Shown piece after piece: positions 37,401 through 52,400 of a stretch of 64,000 nt of DNA. The stretch is taken from the NCBI GenBank assembly GCA_053919585.1, contig CM132787.1; one strand, 5' to 3'. Source of the stretch: Euprymna scolopes (lineage: Eukaryota). A program made the position numbers and the translations under genes. The stretch's first letter is position 1; the number at the start of each line of letters is the position of its first letter. Under the pieces are notes generated by a model. It did not search any database and was not told where the DNA came from. It worked only from the letters and a program-made list of their open reading frames with translations.

Positions 37401-40400
37401 CAACGATTGCATATCATATGGAAAACAAAAAGTGTACCAATCATTGCATATCATATGGAAAATAAAATGTGTACCAATCATTGCATATCATATGGAAAAT
37501 AAACAGTGGACCAATAATTGCATATCATATGGAAAATAACAAGAAGACCAATCATTGCATATCATATGCAAAATAAAAAGTGTACCAATCATTGCATATC
37601 ATATGGAAAATAAAAAGTGTACCAATAATTGCATATTATATGGATAATAAAAAGTGTACAAATCATTTCATATCATATGGAAAATAAAAAGTGTACCAAT
37701 CATTGCATATCATATGGAAAATAAAAATGGACCAATCATTGCATATCATATGGAAAATAAAAAGTGGACCAATCATTGCATATCATATGGAAAATCAAAA
37801 GTGTACCAATCATTGCATATCATATGGAAAAAAAAATGTGTACCAATCATTGCATATCATATGGAAAATTAAAAGTAGACCAATCATTGCATATCATATT
37901 GAGAATAAAAAGTGGACGAATAATTGCATATCATATGGAAAATAAAAAGTGGACCAATCATTGCATATCATATGGAAAATAAACTATGTACCAATCATTG
38001 CATATCATATGGAAAATAAAAAGTGGACCAATCATTGCATATCATATGGAAAATAAAAAGTGTACCAATCATTGCATATCGTACGGAAAATAAAATGTGT
38101 ACCAATTATTGCATATCATATGGAAAATAAAAAGTGTACCAACCATTGCATATCATATGGAAAATAAAAAGTGGACCAATCATTGCATATCATATGGAAA
38201 ATAAAATGTGTACCAATCATTGCATATCATATGGAAAATAAAATGTGTACCAATCCTTGCATATCATATGGAAAATAAAAAGTGGACCAATCATTGCATA
38301 TCATATGGAAAATAAAATGTGTACCAATCATTGCATATCATATAGAAAATAAAAAGTGGACAAATCATTGCATATCATATAGAAAATAAAATGTGTACCA
38401 ATCATTGCATATCACATGGAAAATAAAAAGTGTACCAATCATTGCATATCATATGGAAAATAAAATGTGTACCAATCATTGCATATCATATGGAAAATAA
38501 AAAGTGTACCAATCATTGCATATCATATGGAAAATAAAAAGTGGACCATTCATTGCATATCATATGGAAAATAAAATGTGTACCAATCATTGCATATCAT
38601 ATGGAAAATAAAAAGTGTTCCAATCATTGCATATCATATGGAAAATAAAATGTGTACCAATCATTGCATATCATATGGAAAATAAAAAGTGGACCAATCA
38701 TTGCATATCATATGGAAAATAAAAAGTAGACCAATCATTGCATATCATATGGAAAATAAAAAGTGTACCATTCATTGCATATCATATGGAAAATAAAAAG
38801 TGTACCAATCATTGCATATCATATGGAAAATAAAATGTGTACCAATCATTGCATATCATATGGAAAATAAAAAGTGAACCAATCATTGCATATCATATGG
38901 AAAATAAAAAGTGTACCAATCATTGCATATTATATGGAAAATAAAAAGTGTACCAATCATTGCATATCATATGGAAAATTAAAAGTGTACAAATCATTGC
39001 ATATCATATGGAAAATAAACAGTGTACCAATCATTGCATATCATATGGAAAATAAAAAGTGTACCAATCATTGCATATCATATGGAAAATAAAAAGTGTA
39101 CCAATCATAACATATCGTATGGAAAATAAAAAGTGCACCAATCATTGCATATCATATGAAAAATGAAATGTGTACCAATCATTGCATATCATATGGAAAA
39201 TGAAATGTGTACCAATCATGGCATATCATATGGAAAATAAAAAGTGTACCAATCATTGCATATCATATGGAAAATAAACAGTGTACCAATCATTGCATAT
39301 CATATGGAAAATAAAAAGTGTACCAATCATTGCATATCATATGGAAAATTAAAAAGTGTACCAATCATTGCATATCATATAGCAAAATAAAAAATGTACC
39401 AATCATTGCATATCATATGGAAAATAAAAAGTGTACCTATAATTGAATATCCTATGGAAAATAACAAGTGCACCAATCATTGCATATCATATGGAAAAAA
39501 AAGTGGACCAATCATTGCATATCATATGGAAAATAAAATGTGTACCAATCATTGCATATCATATGGAAAATAAACAGTGTACAAATCATTGCATATCATA
39601 TGGATAATAAAAAGTGTACAAATCATTGCATATCATATGGAAAATAAAAAGTGTACAAATCATTGCATATCATATAGAACATAAAATGTGTACAAATCAT
39701 TGCATATCATATGGAAAATAAAATGTGTACCAATCATTGCATATCATATGGAAAATAAAAAGTGGACCAATCATTGCATATCATATGGAAAATAAAAAGT
39801 GTACTAATCATTGCATATCATATGGAAAATAAAAAGTGTACCAATCATTGCATATCATATGGAAAATAAGATGTGTACCAATCATTGCATATCATATGGA
39901 AAATAAAAAGTGGACCAATCCTTGCATATCATATTGAAAATAAAAAGTGTACCAATCATTGCATATCATATGGAAAATAAAAAGTGGACCAATCATTGCA
40001 TATCATATGGAAAATAAAATGTTTACAAATCATTGCATATCATATGGAAAATAAAAAAGTGGACCAATCATTGCATATCATATGGAAAATAAAAAGTGTA
40101 CCAATCATTGATTATCATATGGAAAAAAAAGTGTACCAATTATTGCATATAATATGGAAAATACAATGTGTACCAATCATTGCATATCATATGGAAAAAA
40201 AGTGGACCAATCATTGCATATCATATGGAAAATAAAAAAGTTCACCAATCATTGCATATCATATGGAAAATAAAATGTGTACCAATCATTGCATATCATA
40301 TGGAAAATAAAAAGCGTACAAATCATTGCATATCATATGGAACATAAAATGTGTACCAATCATTGCATATCATATGGAAAATAAAAAGTGGACCAATCAT

Positions 40401-43400
40401 TGCATATCATATGGAAAATAAAATGTGTACCAACGATTGCATATCATATGGAAAACAAAAAGTGTACCAATCATTGCATATCATATGGAAAATAAAATGT
40501 GTACCAATCATTGCATATCATATGGAAAATAAACAGTGGACCAATAATTGCATATCATATGGAAAATAACAAGAAGACCAATCATTGCATATCATATGCA
40601 AAATAAAAAGTGTACCAATCATTGCATATCATATGGAAAATTAAAAGTGTACCAATAATTGCATATTATATGGATAATAAAAAGTGTACAAATCATTTCA
40701 TATCATATGGAAAATAAAAAGTGTACCAATCATTGCATATCATATGGAAAATAAAAATGGACCAATCATTGCATATCATATGGAAAATAAAAAGTGTACC
40801 AATCATTGCATATCATATGGAAAATTAAAAAGTGTACCAATCATTGCATATCATATGGAAAAAAAAATGTGTACCAATCATTGCATATCATATGGAAAAT
40901 TAAAAGTAGACCAATCATTGCATATCATATTGAGAATAAAAAGTGGACGAATAATTGCATATCATATGGAAAATAAAAAGTGGACCAATCATTGCATATC
41001 ATATGGAAAATAAACTATGTACCAATCATTGCATATCATATGGAAAATAAAAAGTGGACCAATCATTGCATATCATATGGAAAATAAAAAGTGTACCAAT
41101 CATTGCATATCGTACGGAAAATAAAATGTGTACCAATTATTGCATATCATATGGAAAATAAAAAGTGTACCAACCATTGCATATCATATGGAAAATAAAA
41201 AGTGGACCAATCATTGCATATCATATGGAAAATAAAATGTGTACCAATCATTGCATATCATATGGAAAATAAAATGTGTACCAATCATTGCATATATTAT
41301 GGAAAATAAAAAGTGGACCAATCATTGCATATCATATGGAAAATAAAATGTGTCCCAATCATTGCATATCATATGGAAAATAAAAAGTGTACCTATCATT
41401 ACATATCATATGGAAAAACAAATGTGTAACAATCATTGCATATCATATGGAAAAAAAAGTGTACCAATCATTGCATATCATATGGAAAATAAAATGTGTA
41501 CCAATAATTGCATATCATATGAAAAATAAAAAGTGGACCAATCATTGCATATCATATGGAAAATAAAAAGTGGACCAATCATTGCATATCATATGGAAAA
41601 TAAAAAGTTGACCAATCATTGCATATCATATGGCTAATAAAAAGTGTACCAATCATTGCATATCATATGGAAAATAAAAAGTGTACCAATCATTGCATAT
41701 CATATGGAAAACAAAAACTGTACCAATCATTGCATATCATATGGAAAATAAACAGTGTACCAATCATTGCATATCATATGGAAAATAAAAAGTGTACCAA
41801 TCATTGCATATCATATGGAAAATAAAAAGTGTACCAATCATTGCAAATCATATGGAAAATTAAAGGTGTACCAATCATTGCATATCATATGGAAAATAAA
41901 AAGTGTACCAATCATTGCATATCGTATGGAACATAAAAAGTGCACCAGTTATTGCATATCATATGGAAAAAAAATGTGTACCAATCATTGCATATCATAT
42001 GGAAAATAAAAAGTGGACAAATCATTGCATATCATATGGAAAATAAAATGTGTACGAATCATTGCATATCATATGGAAAAAAAAAGTGGACCAATCATTG
42101 CATATCATATAGAAAATAAAAAGTGTACCAATCATTGCATATTATATGGAAAATCAAAAGTGGACCAATCATTGCTATCGTATTGAAAATAAAAATTGTA
42201 CCAATCATTGCATATCATATGGAAAATAAAATGTGTACCAATCATTGCATATCATATGGAAAATAAACAGTGTACCAATCATTGCATATCATATGGAAAA
42301 TAAAATGTGTACCTATCATTGCATATCATATGGAAAATAAAAAGTGTACCAACCATTGCATATCATATGGAAAATAAAAAGTGTACCAACCATTGCATAT
42401 CATATGGAAAATAAAAATTGTACCAATCATTGCATATCATATGGAAAATAAAATGTGTACCAATTATTGCATATCATATGGAAAATAAAAAGTGTACCAA
42501 CCATTGCATATCATATGGAAAATAAAAAGTGTACCAATCATTGCATATCGTACGGAAAATAAAATGTGTACCAATTATTGCATATCATATGGAAAATAAA
42601 AAGTGTACGAACCATTGCATTACATATGGAAAATAAAATGTGTACCAATCATTGCATATCATATGGAAAATAAAAAGTGGACCAATAATTGCATATCATA
42701 TGGAAAATTACAAGTGGACCAATCATTGCATATCACATTGACAATAAAAATTGTACCAATCATTGCATATCATATGGAAAATAAAAAGTGTACCAATCAT
42801 TGCATATCATATGGACTATAAAAAGTGTACCAATAATTGCATATCATATGGAAAATAAAAAGTGTACAAATCATTGCATATCATATGGAAAATAAAAAGT
42901 GTACCAATCATTGCATATCATATGGAAAATAAAAAGTGTTCCAATCATTGCATATCATATGGAAAATAAAATGTGTACCAATCATTGCATATCATATGGA
43001 AAAAAAAAAGTGGGCCAATCATTGCATATAATATGGAAAATATAAAGTGGACCAATCATTGCATATCATATGGAAAATAAAAAGTCTACAAATCATTGCA
43101 TATCATATTGAAAATAAAAAGTGTACCAATCATTGCATATCATATTGGAAAACAAAAAGTGTACCAATCATTGCATATCATATGGAAAATAAAATGTGTA
43201 CCAATCATTGCATATCATATGGAAAATAAAAAGTGTACAAATCATTGCATATCATATGGAAAATAAAAAGTGTACCAATAATTGAATATCATATGGAAAA
43301 TAAAAAGTGGACCAATCATTGCATATCATATGGAAAATAAAAAGTGTACCAATCATTGCATATCATATGGAAAATAAACAGTGTACCAATCATTGCATAT

Positions 43401-46400
43401 CATACGGAAAATAAAATTTGTACCAATCATTGCATATCATATGGAAAACAAAAAGTGTACCAATCATTGCATATCATATGGAAAATAAAAAGTGTACCAA
43501 TCATTGCATATCATATGGAAAATAAAAAGTGTAACAATCATTGCATATCGTATGGAAAATAAAAAGTGCACCAATCATTGCATATCATATGGAAAATAAA
43601 AAGTGTACCAATCATTGCATATCATATGGAAAATGAAATGTGTACCAATCATTGCATATCATATGGAAACTAAAATGTGTACCAATCATTGCATATCATA
43701 TGGAAAATCAAAAGTGGACCAATCATTGCATATCATATGGAAAATAAAACGTGGACCAATCATTGCATATCATATGGAAAATAAAAAGTGGACCAATCAT
43801 TGCACATCATATGGAAAATAAAAAATGTACCAATCATTGCATATCATATGGAAAATAAAAAGTGGACCAATCATTGCATATCATATGGAAAACAAACTGT
43901 GTAGCAATCATTGCATATCATATGGAAAACAAAAAGTGTACCAATCATAGCATATCATATGGAAAATGAAATGTGGACCAATCATTGCATATAATATGGA
44001 AAATAAAAAGTGTACCAATCATTGCATATCATATGGAAAATAAAAAGTGTACCAATCATTGCATATCATATGGAAAATAAAATGTGTACCAATCATTGCA
44101 TATCGTATTGAAAATAAAAAGTGTAAAAATCATTGCATATCATATGGAAAATAAGATGTGTACCAATCATTGCATATCATATGGAAAATAAAAATGGACC
44201 AATCATTGCATATCATATGGAAAATAAAAAGTGGACCAATCATTGCATATCATATGGAAAACAAAATGTGTACCAATCATTGCATATCATATGGAAAAAA
44301 AAATGTGTACCAATCATTGCATATCATATGGAAAATTAAAAGTAGACCAATCATTGCATATCATATTGAGAATAAAAAGTGGACGAATAATTGCATATCA
44401 TATGGAAAATAAAAAGTGGACCAATCATTGCATATCATATGGAAAATAAACTATGTACCAATCATTGCATATCATATGGAAAATAAAAAGTGGACCAATC
44501 ATTGCATATCATATGGAAAATAAAAAGTGTACCAATCATTGCATATCGTACGGAAAATAAAATGTGTACCAATTATTGCATATCATATGGAAAATAAAAA
44601 GTGTACCAACCATTGCATATCATATGGAAAATAAAAAGTGGACCAATCATTGCATATCATATGGAAAATAAAATGTGTACCAATCATTGCATATCATATG
44701 GAAAATAAAATGTGTACCAATCATTGCATATAATATGGAAAATAAAAAGTGGACCAATCATTGCATATCATATGGAAAATAAAATGTGTCCCAATCATTG
44801 CATATCATATGGAAAATAAAAAGTGTACCTATCATTACATATCATATGGAAAAACAAATGTGTAACAATCATTGCATATCATATGGAAAAAAAAGTGTAC
44901 CAATCATTGCATATCATATGGAAAATAAAATGTGTACCAATAATTGCATATCATATGAAAAATAAAAAGTGGACCAATCATTGCATATCATATGGAAAAT
45001 AAAAAGTGGACCAATCATTGCATATCATATGGAAAATAAAAAGTGGACCAATCATTGCATATCATATGGCTAATAAAAAGTGTACCAATCATTGCATATC
45101 ATATGGAAAATAAAAAGTGTACCAATCATTGCATATCATATGGAAAACAAAAACTGTACCAATCATTGCATATCATATGGAAAATAAACAGTGTACCAAT
45201 CATTGCATATCATATGGAAAATAAAAAGTGTACCAATCATTGCATATCATATGGAAAATAAAAAGTGTACCAATCATTGCAAATCATATGGAAAATTAAA
45301 GGTGTACCAATCATTGCATATCATATGGAAAATAAAAAGTGTACCAATCATTGCATATCGTATGGAACATAAAAAGTGCACCAGTTATTGCATATCATAT
45401 GGAAAAAAATGTGTACCAATCATTGCATATCATATGGAAAATAAAAAGTGGACAAATCATTGCATATCATATGGAAAATAAAATGTGTACGAATCATTGC
45501 ATATCATATGGAAAAAAAAATGTGTACCAATCATTGCATATCATATAGAAAATAAAAAGTGTACCAATCATTGCATATTATATGGAAAATCAAAAGTGGA
45601 CCAATCATTGCTATCGTATTGAAAATAAAAATTGTACCAATCATTGCATATCATATGGAAAATAAAATGTGTACCAATCATTGCATATCATATGGAAAAT
45701 AAACAGTGTACCAATCATTGCATATCATATGGAAAATAAAATGTGTACCTATCATTGCATATCATATGGAAAATAAAAAGTGTACCAACCATTGCATATC
45801 ATATGGAAAATAAAAAGTGTACCAACCATTGCATATCATATGGAAAATAAAAATTGTACCAATCATTGCATATCATATGGAAAATAAAATGTGTACCAAT
45901 TATTGCATATCATATGGAAAATAAAAAGTGTACCAACCATTGCATATCATATGGAAAATAAAAAGAGTACCAATCATTGCATATCGTACGGAAAATAAAA
46001 TGTGTACCAATTATTGCATATCATATGGAAAATAAAAAGTGTACGAACCATTGCATTACATATGGAAAATAAAATGTGTACCAATCATTGCATATCATAT
46101 GGAAAATAAAAAGTGGACCAATAATTGCATATCATATGGAAAATAACAAGTGGACCAATCATTGCATATCACATTGACAATAAAAATGGTACCAATCATT
46201 GCATATCATATGGAAAATAAAAAGTGTACCAATCATTGCATATCATATGGACTATAAAAAGTGTACCAATAATTGCATATTATATGGAAAATAAAAAGTG
46301 TACCAATCATTGCATATCATATGGAAAATAAAAAGTGTACAAATCATTGCATATCATATGGAAAATAAAAAGTGTACCAATCATTGCATATCATATTGAA

Positions 46401-49400
46401 AATAAAATGTGTACCAATCATTGCATATCATATGGAAAATAAAATGTGTACCAATAATTGCATATCATATTGAAAATAAAATGTGTACTAATCATTGCAT
46501 ATCATATGGAACATAAAATGTGTACCAATCATTGCATATCATATGGAACATAAAATGTGTACCAATCATTGCATATCATACGGAAAATAAAAAGTGTACC
46601 AATCATGTCATATAATATGGAAAATGAAATGTGTACCAATAATTGCATATCATATGGAAAATAAAAAGTGAACCAATCATTGCATATCATATGGAAAATA
46701 AAAAGTGTACCAATCATTGCATATCATATGGAAAATAAAAAGTGTACCAATCATTGCATATCATATGGAAAATAAAATGTGTACCAATCATTGCATATCA
46801 TATGGAAAATAAAATATGTACCAATCATTGCATATCATATGGAAAATAAAAAGTGGACCAATCATTGCATATCATATGGAAAATAAAAAGTGGACCAATC
46901 ATTGCATATCGTACGGAAAATAAAATGTGTACCAATTATTGCATATCATATGGAAAATAAAAAGTGTACGAACCATTGCATTACATATGGAAAATAAAAA
47001 GTGTACCAATCATTGCATATCATATGGAAAATAAAATGTGTACCAATCATTGCATATCATATGGAAAATAAAAAGTGTACCAACCATTGCATATCATATG
47101 GAAAATAAAAAGTGTACCAATCATTGCATATCATATGGAAAATCAAAAGTGTACCAATCATTGAATATCATATGGAAAATAAAAAGCGTACAAATCATTG
47201 CATATCATATGGAACATAAAATGTGTACCAATCATTGCATATCATATGGAAAAAAAAAGTGGACCAATCATTGCATATCATATGGAAAATAAAATGTGTA
47301 CCAATCATTGCATATCATATGGAAAATAAAAAGTGGACCAATCATTGCATATAATATGGAAAATAAAATGTGTACCAATCATTGCATATCATATGGAAAA
47401 TAAAAAGTGGACCAATAATTGCATATCATATGGAAAATAACAAGTGGACCAATCATTGCATATCACATTGACAATAAAAAGTGTACCAATCATTGCATAC
47501 AATATGGAAAATAAAAAGTGTACCAATCATTGCATATCATATGGACAATAAAAAGTGTACCAATAATTGCATATTATATGGAAAATAAAAAGTGTACCAA
47601 TCATTGCATATCATATGGAAAATAAAAAGTGTACAAATCATTGCATATCATATGGAAAATAAAAAGTGTACCAATCATTGCATATCATATTGAAAATAAA
47701 ATGTGTACCAATCATTGCATATCATATGGAAAATAAAATGTGTACCAATCATTGCATATCATATTGAAAATAAAATGTTTACCAATCATTGAATATCATA
47801 TGGAAAATAAAAAGTGTACCAATCATTGCATATCATATGGAAAATAAAATGTGTACCAATCATTGCATATCATATGGAAAATAAAATGTGTACCAATCAT
47901 TGCATATCATATGGAAAATAAAATGTGTACCAATCATTGCATATCATATGGAAAATAAAATGTGTACCAATCATTGCATATCATATGGAAAATAAAAAGT
48001 GTACCAATCATTGCATATCATATGGAAAATAAAAAGTGTACCAATCATTGCATATCATATGGAAAATAAAAAGTGTACCAATCATTGCATATCATATGGA
48101 AAATAAAAAGTGTACCAATCATTGCATATCATATGGAAAATAAAATGTGTACCAATAATTGCATATCATATGGAACTTAAAAAGTGTACCAATCATTGCA
48201 TATCATATTGAAAATAAAATGTGTACCAATCATTGCATATCATATGGAAAATAAAATGTGTACCAATCATTGCATATCATATGGAAAATAAAATGTGTAC
48301 CAATCATTGCATATCATATGGAAAATAAAAAGTGTACCAATCATTGCATATCATATTGAAAATAAAATGTGTACCAATCATTGCATATCATATGGAAAAT
48401 AAAATGTGTACCAATCATTGCATATCATATGGAAAATAAAATGTGTACCAATCATTGCATATCATATGGAAAATAAAAAGCGTACAAATCATTGCATATC
48501 ATATGGAACATAAAATGTGTACCAATCATTGCATATCATATGGAACATAAAATGTGTACCAATCATTGCATATCATACGGAAAATAAAAAGTGTACCAAT
48601 CATGTCATATAATATGGAAAATGAAATGTGTACCAATCATTGCATATCATATGGAAAATAAAAAGTGAACCAATCATTGCATATCATATGGAAAATAAAA
48701 AGTGTACCAATCATTGCATATCATATGGAAAATAAAAAGTGTACCAATCATTGCATATCATATGGAAAATAAAATGTGTACCAATCATTGCATATCATAT
48801 GGAAAATTAAAAGTGGACCAATCATTGCATATCATATGGAAAATAAATAGTGGATCAATCATTGCATATAATATGGAAAATAAAAAGTGGACCAATCATT
48901 GCATATCATGTGGAAAATAAAATATGTACCAATCATTGCATATCATATGGAAAATAAAAAGTGGACCAATCATTGCATATCATATGGAAAATAAAAAGTG
49001 TACAAATCATTGCATATCGTACGGAAAATAAAATGTGTACCAATTATTGCATATCATATGGAAAATAAAAAGTGTACGAACCATTGCATATCATATGGAA
49101 AATAAAAAGTGTACCAATCATTGCATATCATATGGAAAATAAAAAGTGTACCAATCATTGCATATCATATGGAAAATAAAATGTGTACCAATCATTGCAT
49201 ATCATATGGAAAATAAAAAGTGGACCAATCATTGCATATCATATTGAAAATAAAATGTGTACCAATCATTGCATATTATATGGAAAATAAAAAGTGGACA
49301 AATCATTGCATATCATATTGAAAATAAAATGTGTACAAATCATTGCATATCATATGGAAAATAAAAAGTGTACCAATCATTCCATATCATATGGAAAATA

Positions 49401-52400
49401 AAATGTGTACCAATAATTGCATATCATATGGAAAATAAAAAGTGGACCAATCATTGCATATCATATGGAAAATAAAAAGTGGACCAATCATTGCATATCA
49501 TATGGAAAAATAATTGTGTACCAATCATTGCATATCATATGGAAAATAAAAAGTGTACCAATCATTTCATATCATATGGAAAATAAAAAGTGTACCAATC
49601 ATTGCATATCATATGGAAAATAAAAAGTGTACAAATCATTGCATATCATATGGAAAATAAAAAGTGTACCAATCATTGCATATCATATGGAAAATAAAAT
49701 GTGTACCAATCATTGCATATCATATGGAAAATAAAAAGTGGACCAATCATTGCATATCATATGGAAAATAAAAAGTGTACCAATAATTGCATATTATATC
49801 GAAAATTAAAAGTGTACCAATCATTGCATATCATATGGAAAATAAAAAGTGTACCAATCATTGCATATCATATGGAAAACAAACAGTGTACCAATCATTG
49901 CATATCATATGGAAAATAAAAAGTGTACCAATCATTGCATATCATATGGAAAATAAAAAGTGTACCAATCATTGCATATCATATTGAAAATAAAAAGTGT
50001 ACCAATCATGGCATATCATATGGAAAAGAAAAAGTGTACCAATCATTGCATATCGTATGGAACATAACAAGTGCACCAATCATTGCATATCATATGGAAA
50101 ATAAAAAGTGTACCAATCATTGCATATCATATGGAAAATGAAATGTGTACCAATCATTGCATATCATATGGAAAATAAAAAGTGTACCAATCATTGCATA
50201 TCATATGGAAAATAAAATGTGTACCAATCATTGCATATCATATGGAAAATAAAAAGTGTACCAATCATTGCATATCATATGGAAAACAAAAAGTGGACCA
50301 ATCATTGCATATCATATGGAAAATAAAAAGTGTACCAATCATTGCATATCATATGGAAAATAAAAAGTGTACCAATCATTGCATATCATATTGAACATAA
50401 AAAGTGTACCAATCATTGCATATCGTATGGAAAATAAAAAGTGCACATATCATTGCATATCATATGGAAAATAAAAAGTGTACCAATCATTGCATATTCT
50501 ATGGAAAATGAAATGTGTACCAATCATTGCATATCATATGGAAAATAAAAAGTGTACCAATCATTGCATATCATATGGAAAATAAAATGTGTACCAATCA
50601 TTGCATATCATATGGAAAATAAAATGTGTACCAATCATTGCATATCATATGGAAAATAAAATGTGTACAAATCATTGCATATCATATGGAAAATAAAAAG
50701 TGGACCAATAATTACATATCATATGGAAAATAAAAAGTGTACCAATCATTGCATATCATATGGAAAATAAAATGTGTACCAATCATTGCATATCATATGG
50801 AAAATAAAAAGTGTACCAATCATTGCATATCATATTGAAAATAAAATGTGTACCAATCATTGCATATCATATGGAAAATAAAATGTGTACCAATCATTGC
50901 ATATCATATGGAAAATAAAATGTGTACCAATCATTGCATATCATATGGAAAATAAAAAGTGTACCAATCATTGCATATCATATTGAAAATAAAATGTGTA
51001 CCAATCATTGCATATCATATGGAAAATAAAATGTGTACCAATCATTGCATATCATATGGAAAATAAAATGTGTACCAATCATTGCATATCATATGGACAA
51101 ATAAAAAGCGTACAAATCATTGCATATCATATGGAACATAAAATGTGTACCAATCATTGCATATCATATTGAACATAAAATGTGTACCAATCATTGCATA
51201 TCATACGGAAAATAAAAAGTGTACCAATCATGTACTATAATATGGAAAATGAAATGTGTACCAATCATTGCATATCATATGGAAAATAAAAAGTGAACCA
51301 ATAATTGCATATCATATGGAAAATAAAAAGTGTACCAATCATTGCATATCATATGGAAAATAAAAAGTGTACCAATCATTGCATATCATATGGAAAATAA
51401 AATGTGTACCAATCATTGCATATCATATAAAAAATTAAAAGTGGACCAATCATTGCATATCATATGGAAAATAAATAGTGGATCAATCATTGCATATAAT
51501 ATGGAAAATAAAAAGTGGGCCAATCATTGCATATCATATGGAAAATAAAATATGTACCAATCATTGCATATTATATTGAAAATAAAAAGTGGACCAATCA
51601 TTGCATATCATATGGAAAATAAAAAGTGTACAAATCATTGCATATCGTACGGAAAATAAAATGTGTACCAATTATTGCATATCATATGGAAAATAAAAAG
51701 TGTACGAACCATTGCATATCATATGGAAAATAAAAAGTGTACCAATCATTGCATATCATATAGAAAATAAAATGTGTACCAATCATTGCATATCATATGG
51801 AAAATAAAATGTGTACCAATCATTGCATATCATATGGAAAATAAAAAGTGGACCAATCATTGCATATCATATTGAGAATAAAATGTGTACCAATCATTGC
51901 ATATCATATGGAAAATAAAAAGTGGACAAATCATTGCATATCATATGGAAAATAAAATGTGTACCAATCATTGCATATCATATGGAAAATAAAAAGTGGA
52001 CCAATCATTGCATATCATATGGAAAATAAAAAGTGTACCAATCATTGCATATCATATGGAAAATAAAAAGTGTACCAATCATTGCATATCATATGGAAAA
52101 TAAAAAGTGTACCAATCATTGAATATCATATGGAAAATAAAAAGTGGACCAATCATTGCATATCATATGGAAAATAAAAAGTGTACCAATAATTGCATAT
52201 TATATCGAAAATAGAAAGTGTACCAATCATTGCATATCATATGGAAAATAAAAAGTGTACCAATCATTGCATATCATATGGAAAACAAACAGTGTACCAA
52301 TCATTGCATATCATATGGAAAATAAAAAGTGTACCAATCATTGCATATCATATGGAAAATAAAAAGTGTACCAATCATTGCATATCATATTGAAAATAAA

